Origin: Candidatus Moraniibacteriota bacterium
GTDB taxonomy: Bacteria; Patescibacteriota; Minisyncoccia; Moranbacterales; DUUL01
DNA: 64,000 nucleotides
Direction: 5' to 3'
Assembly: GCA_041583775.1 (NCBI GenBank)
Contig: JBFHFF010000007.1
Location: 3,382-67,381 of the forward strand
Of the stretch, positions 59,985-64,000 are shown piece after piece. Numbering within the stretch: the first letter of the stretch is position 1; each line of letters opens with the position of its first letter. The position numbers and the translations under genes are program-made. Under the pieces are notes generated by a model. That model searched no databases. It was not told the DNA's origin and saw only the letters and a program-made list of their open reading frames with translations.

Positions 59985-60929
59985 TCAGCTTAATCGAATA
60001 GTATTTGTTTCTTTATCGATTATGATTTCGAATGGTTTAATCTTATTTCCTTTTTGTAATGTTTTTTTAGCGTTTTCAAGTGCTTTTAATTTCTCATCTT
60101 GGTATGATTTAGAATCATAGTGCTTCCCATGTCGTATCGCTTCATAAGCATCATCAATCGAAATATTTTCATCAACTCCTTTTGTAGTTAGAAATTTTAA
60201 AAGTAGGTAATGCCTGGAATTAGCATTGCCAATTTTTTTTCTTTGGGAACTATTCTTTATTTGAAAAAAGCCAATATTGCCACTCAAAAAACATTTGGGA
60301 GATCTTTTTCTCTTAGTTTTTTCTTTTAATCCAGTTTCTTCTAAAAACTTATTTTTCACTTCTAGCGCTATTCTGTAAAAATTATCATTCTTGGGGTTGT
60401 TTAAATTATAAATAACTTTAATTTCAAGATATTTTTGTTTCTCTAAAATCAAAAGACTCTCAAATAATCTATAACCATTTTCAATTTCGTTATCATTTAA
60501 AGAAAGAGTTGTGCTTATTTTTCCTGCTAGCTTCTGTTCTATTTTGGCAATAAAATATCTTTTTTGTTCATTGAACTGATAATAATCCTCATCAATTGGT
60601 ATTAATTTTCCATCAGTAAAGCTTTTTAAATGTTTTTCTATCTCTTCCCAAATAACTTCAATTGATTTTTTTGTTATTTCAATTTCTGGATAATTATTTT
60701 TTATTAATTTTACTTTCAAACCAGTATCTCGCTCGAGGTTTAGAAGAAGATTGAGGAGCTTTTCAATTCCTAGTTTCTTGAATACAAGCCTTTTTAATTG
60801 ATCAGGTTCAATTATGCCTGGAGTTTTTTCTGGATAATCAATTAATTTCAAAAGCAAGAAGATGAAATCATTTGAAAATAAGCGATTTTGGAAAAGTGGC
60901 GTATTAGATTTTTTTGTTTTTTTATTCAC
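59985..60929 (-). CDS. Hypothetical protein with possible C-terminal winged-helix domain
   Basis: 314-aa ORF; Y.LLKFL...IS.DD.YE.I...L...K..L.....I......IRL ending. Confidence 0.65.
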   Translation of the reverse strand: MNKKTKKSNTPLFQNRLFSNDFIFLLLKLIDYPEKTPGIIEPDQLKRLVFKKLGIEKLLNLLLNLERDTGLKVKLIKNNYPEIEITKKSIEVIWEEIEKHLKSFTDGKLIPIDEDYYQFNEQKRYFIAKIEQKLAGKISTTLSLNDNEIENGYRLFESLLILEKQKYLEIKVIYNLNNPKNDNFYRIALEVKNKFLEETGLKEKTKRKRSPKCFLSGNIGFFQIKNSSQRKKIGNANSRHYLLLKFLTTKGVDENISIDDAYEAIRHGKHYDSKSYQDEKLKALENAKKTLQKGNKIKPFEIIIDKETNTIRLS

Positions 60930-60992
60930 CGCGATTTTTCTTGAGTAATTATGTACTTAATGATAACATAAGTAAAATTATAATTCTGCTCT

Positions 60993-61943
60993 ATGGGACA
61001 AAAAATTTCATCTGTAATGAAATCAAGACGAGGAATTTCATATCAAGACAAGTACGTGTTACTTGTTTTTCTTGAAGGTTTAATAGAGGATTTAAATTGT
61101 GAGTCAGATATTTGTTTGTTGGAAGCTAATACGGAATTTTCTTATGGAAGAAACCTTTCCCTTGACATTAGAATGTTATTTTCTGAAAAAGAAGTTATAT
61201 ATGAAGTCAAGACAGGAAAAGCATACAAGGACGATAAAAAGGAAATAGGGAAGTCTCTCGATAGTTTATATGAATATGCGCAAGGAAGATTAGATTTAGG
61301 TGAACCAATCGAGATTAGACTTGTTATTACTCCAGAATTTCGTGAAAAGATCATGTCAGTTTGGTCTCAATTATTGCATATTAATGAGGCTCATAGCGTG
61401 ACCAAAAAGAATTTTTATGGCAAAACAGTTGCTAGTTCCATAAAAGACTTAATAGAAAAACTTGATTTAAAGAAGCTCACCAAGAAAAATTTTGAAAGTT
61501 TTGTTAAAAAAATGAAAATTGAAGTTGGTCCAAAAGATGAATTGCGTGATGGTGGCTCTGAAATTGATGATAGGATACGAGGCAGGATAAGAATGTTATT
61601 GAAAAAATGTCGTTGTGAAAATAATGAAGTTGAAAGTCCTGTTGATTCTATTCAGCTTGAATTAATTGATGTGGTTCGCTTGAGTTCAGAGGGAAGAGTT
61701 ACGGATTTTAAGAAATCTATGATTGATAAACTAATTCAGTGTTTTGCAAGAAAAAAAATACTCGAGAACGCAAGCTATAAACAAGAATTTATCTTTTCTA
61801 ATGAAATAAGCGGATATGAAAAAGACATAAAGTCGCTTTTAACAAAAGAATCTGAGCCTGGTGAAGTCTCGGCGACTAATAGTATGGAAGGTAAACCTCT
61901 TGGAGAAAATAACCAGAATCTTAATGATATAATTCAAATCTAG
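60993..61943 (+). CDS. PD-(D/E)xK nuclease-domain protein, Cap4/DUF4297-like
   Basis: RGISYQD...LDI...YEVK at N-terminus. Confidence 0.65.
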   Translation: MGQKISSVMKSRRGISYQDKYVLLVFLEGLIEDLNCESDICLLEANTEFSYGRNLSLDIRMLFSEKEVIYEVKTGKAYKDDKKEIGKSLDSLYEYAQGRLDLGEPIEIRLVITPEFREKIMSVWSQLLHINEAHSVTKKNFYGKTVASSIKDLIEKLDLKKLTKKNFESFVKKMKIEVGPKDELRDGGSEIDDRIRGRIRMLLKKCRCENNEVESPVDSIQLELIDVVRLSSEGRVTDFKKSMIDKLIQCFARKKILENASYKQEFIFSNEISGYEKDIKSLLTKESEPGEVSATNSMEGKPLGENNQNLNDIIQI

Positions 61944-61944
61944 T

Positions 61945-64000
61945 ATGAAAACAGATCTATTAAAGAGAATAAATAACGTCATTAGTAAGTCTTCTTATAA
62001 AAAAAATAAGAAGGAAATTTTAAAATGGTTGAAAGATCAGAAATTGGCAGCATATTTAATAAACAAGCTTCAAAAAGAAAAATTAAATGATCTGAAATCG
62101 CTCGATTTTATTCTTGAAGAGGAAATTAAGAAAGAGAATATCTTTCCAATATTTCATATTCTGCAGGAAAATATCAGTGAGAAAAATTGTCAGTTTATCC
62201 TTGATTTTCTTTTTGATAAATTTCCAAGCGCAAAGGAAGAAAAATCACTACGAATAGATGATTTTATTGGTGGAACAGTTAATATTTTGGATATTATTAT
62301 CAAGCAATATCCGGAAAAAATAGAAAGTGTGTATCTGTTGATCAAGTTGATTTTAAGGGTTCATCAAAAGCATTTTAGAGAACTAAGGACACCTCGAAGT
62401 CACGATAAACAAATCATTGCTGATTTGTTACAGAAAATATACTTTGAATATAGAAAGCAAAAAAACATTAAAAGGATTGATGAAATAATCAATCTAATTG
62501 ACTTGGGGTTTGATTTGGTAAGTGATTATAGTGATATGTCTATGTATACTCCCAGTCATATTTTTGAAGTCCTTGAGGATTATATAAGTCTTGATTTTAA
62601 GGCGAACTTTGAAAAGATTTTTGAAATTATCTTAGTTCAATTTAAAAGCAAAGGCAGTTGGTTTGATGGTTGGGAAGGTTTTGGAGGAGGTATCTCGCAA
62701 TTTGGAATAAAATATCATATTAGCGATAGACATTTTGTTGGAAAGGTATTATCTCCTGCCTTGGAAAAGTTTTATTCTGAATCAAAAAATAAACAGGAAA
62801 CCTGGAAGTATATAAGAGAGTGTTATGTGTCAAGAAAGTCAGAAGAAGTCTCAAATAGAAAACCTGACTTTTTGACTCGTTCTACGATAGGTATTGTTTT
62901 GGATCGATATAAAAACTGTAGAGGCAAAAACAAAGAAGAGGCGTTTGAAATTTTGAGAGATTTTATGAAAATGGGGAAAGGAATTCCAAGTAAAACGGAT
63001 CTTATTTTTCAGAAGTTAAAAGAGACTGACTTTAATCTTGATAAAAAATGGAAATTTATAGAAATTTCTTTGAGCTTAGAATGGAATAAAGACAAGCTTC
63101 CTGCGAACATTTTTGTTGAACAGCTCGTTGCTGATTTTGGAAAAGAGAACTATAGACCAGCTATTGAACTTCAAAATAAATGGCTCGAAACAAGAGAGAA
63201 GAGAAAAAAGAAAGTGGGATTTATGGATGATTATACTGTGGAAGCGATTAAGTCTCTTTTGCAGGGAGAAAAAACAAGAAAAGAGGGTCTGAAATTTTTC
63301 GAGTCATATGTTTCAAAGGATATTTTCAGGAATAATTTAGAGCGTTTTGACGTTTTTGATGTTGCTCAAATTTTGGGTGGAATTTTGGAATCTAACTTTG
63401 ATTTTGGTCTTAAAATTTTAAACGAGATTTCTTCCAGAAAAAAAATGACAGAAAATGAACAGGTCTTGGTTTGTAATAGCATAAACAAGATTGACAACAA
63501 AGAGATTCTGCTAAAAATTTACAATAACTTTTTACTTCCTTTTCTTGAAAAGTTAGATAACAATATAGTTAGAATAGAAAGAAGAATTGATAATTCTCAT
63601 GTTAGGGGAGCCCTTGTTGACTTTGGTGATTTACTTGCAAAAGCAGGATATTTTAAAGAAGCTCTGTTTATTGCAGAAATCTTTATTGATGACAAAGATC
63701 CGATTATTGAAAACGAAGAAGATGATCCAAGGGGAGAGCACAATCTACATAAAAGAGCACAAAAAGGTGATGATTTGAATTCAATAACAAGCGTTCGTGG
63801 CAAAGTTTGTTGGCTTTTGCATGAATTTCCAGTTTTGGGTGGTAGAAAATATATTCCTAAAGCTGTGTCTTTAGTTAAAAAGTTATCGAAAGACAATAAT
63901 TATTATGTGAGAAAGCAGGCAACACTCCCTTTAGCAGAATTGGTTCGAGTGAGGAATGCAGTTTTACCAGAAGATAAAACAAAATGGTTTTTGAATAGAG
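61945..64000 (+). CDS. Large helical/HEAT-repeat-like protein, >685 aa, truncated by window (absent from ORF track)
   Basis: ATG 1 nt after the nuclease stop, frame open to window end; DDKDP, SITSVRG, LSKDNNYYVRKQA..PL HEAT-like segments. Confidence 0.85.
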   Translation, partial: MKTDLLKRINNVISKSSYKKNKKEILKWLKDQKLAAYLINKLQKEKLNDLKSLDFILEEEIKKENIFPIFHILQENISEKNCQFILDFLFDKFPSAKEEKSLRIDDFIGGTVNILDIIIKQYPEKIESVYLLIKLILRVHQKHFRELRTPRSHDKQIIADLLQKIYFEYRKQKNIKRIDEIINLIDLGFDLVSDYSDMSMYTPSHIFEVLEDYISLDFKANFEKIFEIILVQFKSKGSWFDGWEGFGGGISQFGIKYHISDRHFVGKVLSPALEKFYSESKNKQETWKYIRECYVSRKSEEVSNRKPDFLTRSTIGIVLDRYKNCRGKNKEEAFEILRDFMKMGKGIPSKTDLIFQKLKETDFNLDKKWKFIEISLSLEWNKDKLPANIFVEQLVADFGKENYRPAIELQNKWLETREKRKKKVGFMDDYTVEAIKSLLQGEKTRKEGLKFFESYVSKDIFRNNLERFDVFDVAQILGGILESNFDFGLKILNEISSRKKMTENEQVLVCNSINKIDNKEILLKIYNNFLLPFLEKLDNNIVRIERRIDNSHVRGALVDFGDLLAKAGYFKEALFIAEIFIDDKDPIIENEEDDPRGEHNLHKRAQKGDDLNSITSVRGKVCWLLHEFPVLGGRKYIPKAVSLVKKLSKDNNYYVRKQATLPLAELVRVRNAVLPEDKTKWFLNR

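Larger units (their letters stand above)
55966..64000. mobile_element. Integrative element at tRNA-Asp (right end beyond window)
   Basis: Large serine recombinase abutting tRNA, small phage-like ORFs, structured non-coding block, nuclease cargo; no second tRNA 3' copy found in window. Confidence 0.8.

Noticed and set aside
56005-64000. Second copy of the tRNA-Asp 3' end (distal att site)
   Set aside because: Not found by eye in the window; the element's right boundary cannot be set

Overview
An AT-rich bacterial chromosome segment that looks like Patescibacteria/CPR (Parcubacteria-like). This is inferred from the absence of rpmD/L30 in the spc operon, mostly Shine-Dalgarno-less AT-rich leaders and a truncated TsaB-like protein. 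1-10.5 kb holds the S10/spc ribosomal protein cluster (rplC to secY) with rpsH and rpsN swapped. It is followed by an unexplained promoter/terminator-bounded transcript, tRNA-Gly(TCC), an orphan AbrB-like gene, rdgB, mini-tsaB and rpoBC. A minus-strand block carries rpmH-rnpA-yidC-jag-flippase-GT2-AI-2E-GNAT. Next come ftsB-like, glyA, folD, a MacAB-like ABC system, a PrsA-like foldase, ferredoxin, one active and one catalytically dead HtrA, and a HAD-like protein. A surface-glycan locus (2 Wzz-like, 3 GT4, a GINT1_N-like propeller, 2 O-antigen ligase/Wzy-like) is interrupted by a 3-gene island of SD-led secreted proteins with structured leaders. From 55.9 kb an element sits at tRNA-Asp(GTC). 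It has a large serine recombinase whose stop codon lies in the tRNA anticodon loop, a switch-like RNA leader with two 41-codon ORFs, about 0.9 kb of densely base-paired non-coding sequence favouring the minus strand, an AT-rich palindromic ori-like site and small phage-like ORFs. Its cargo is a Cap4/DUF4297-like nuclease plus a >685-aa helical-repeat protein that runs off the window (candidate defence system). All calls come from reading the sequence; no searches were run.
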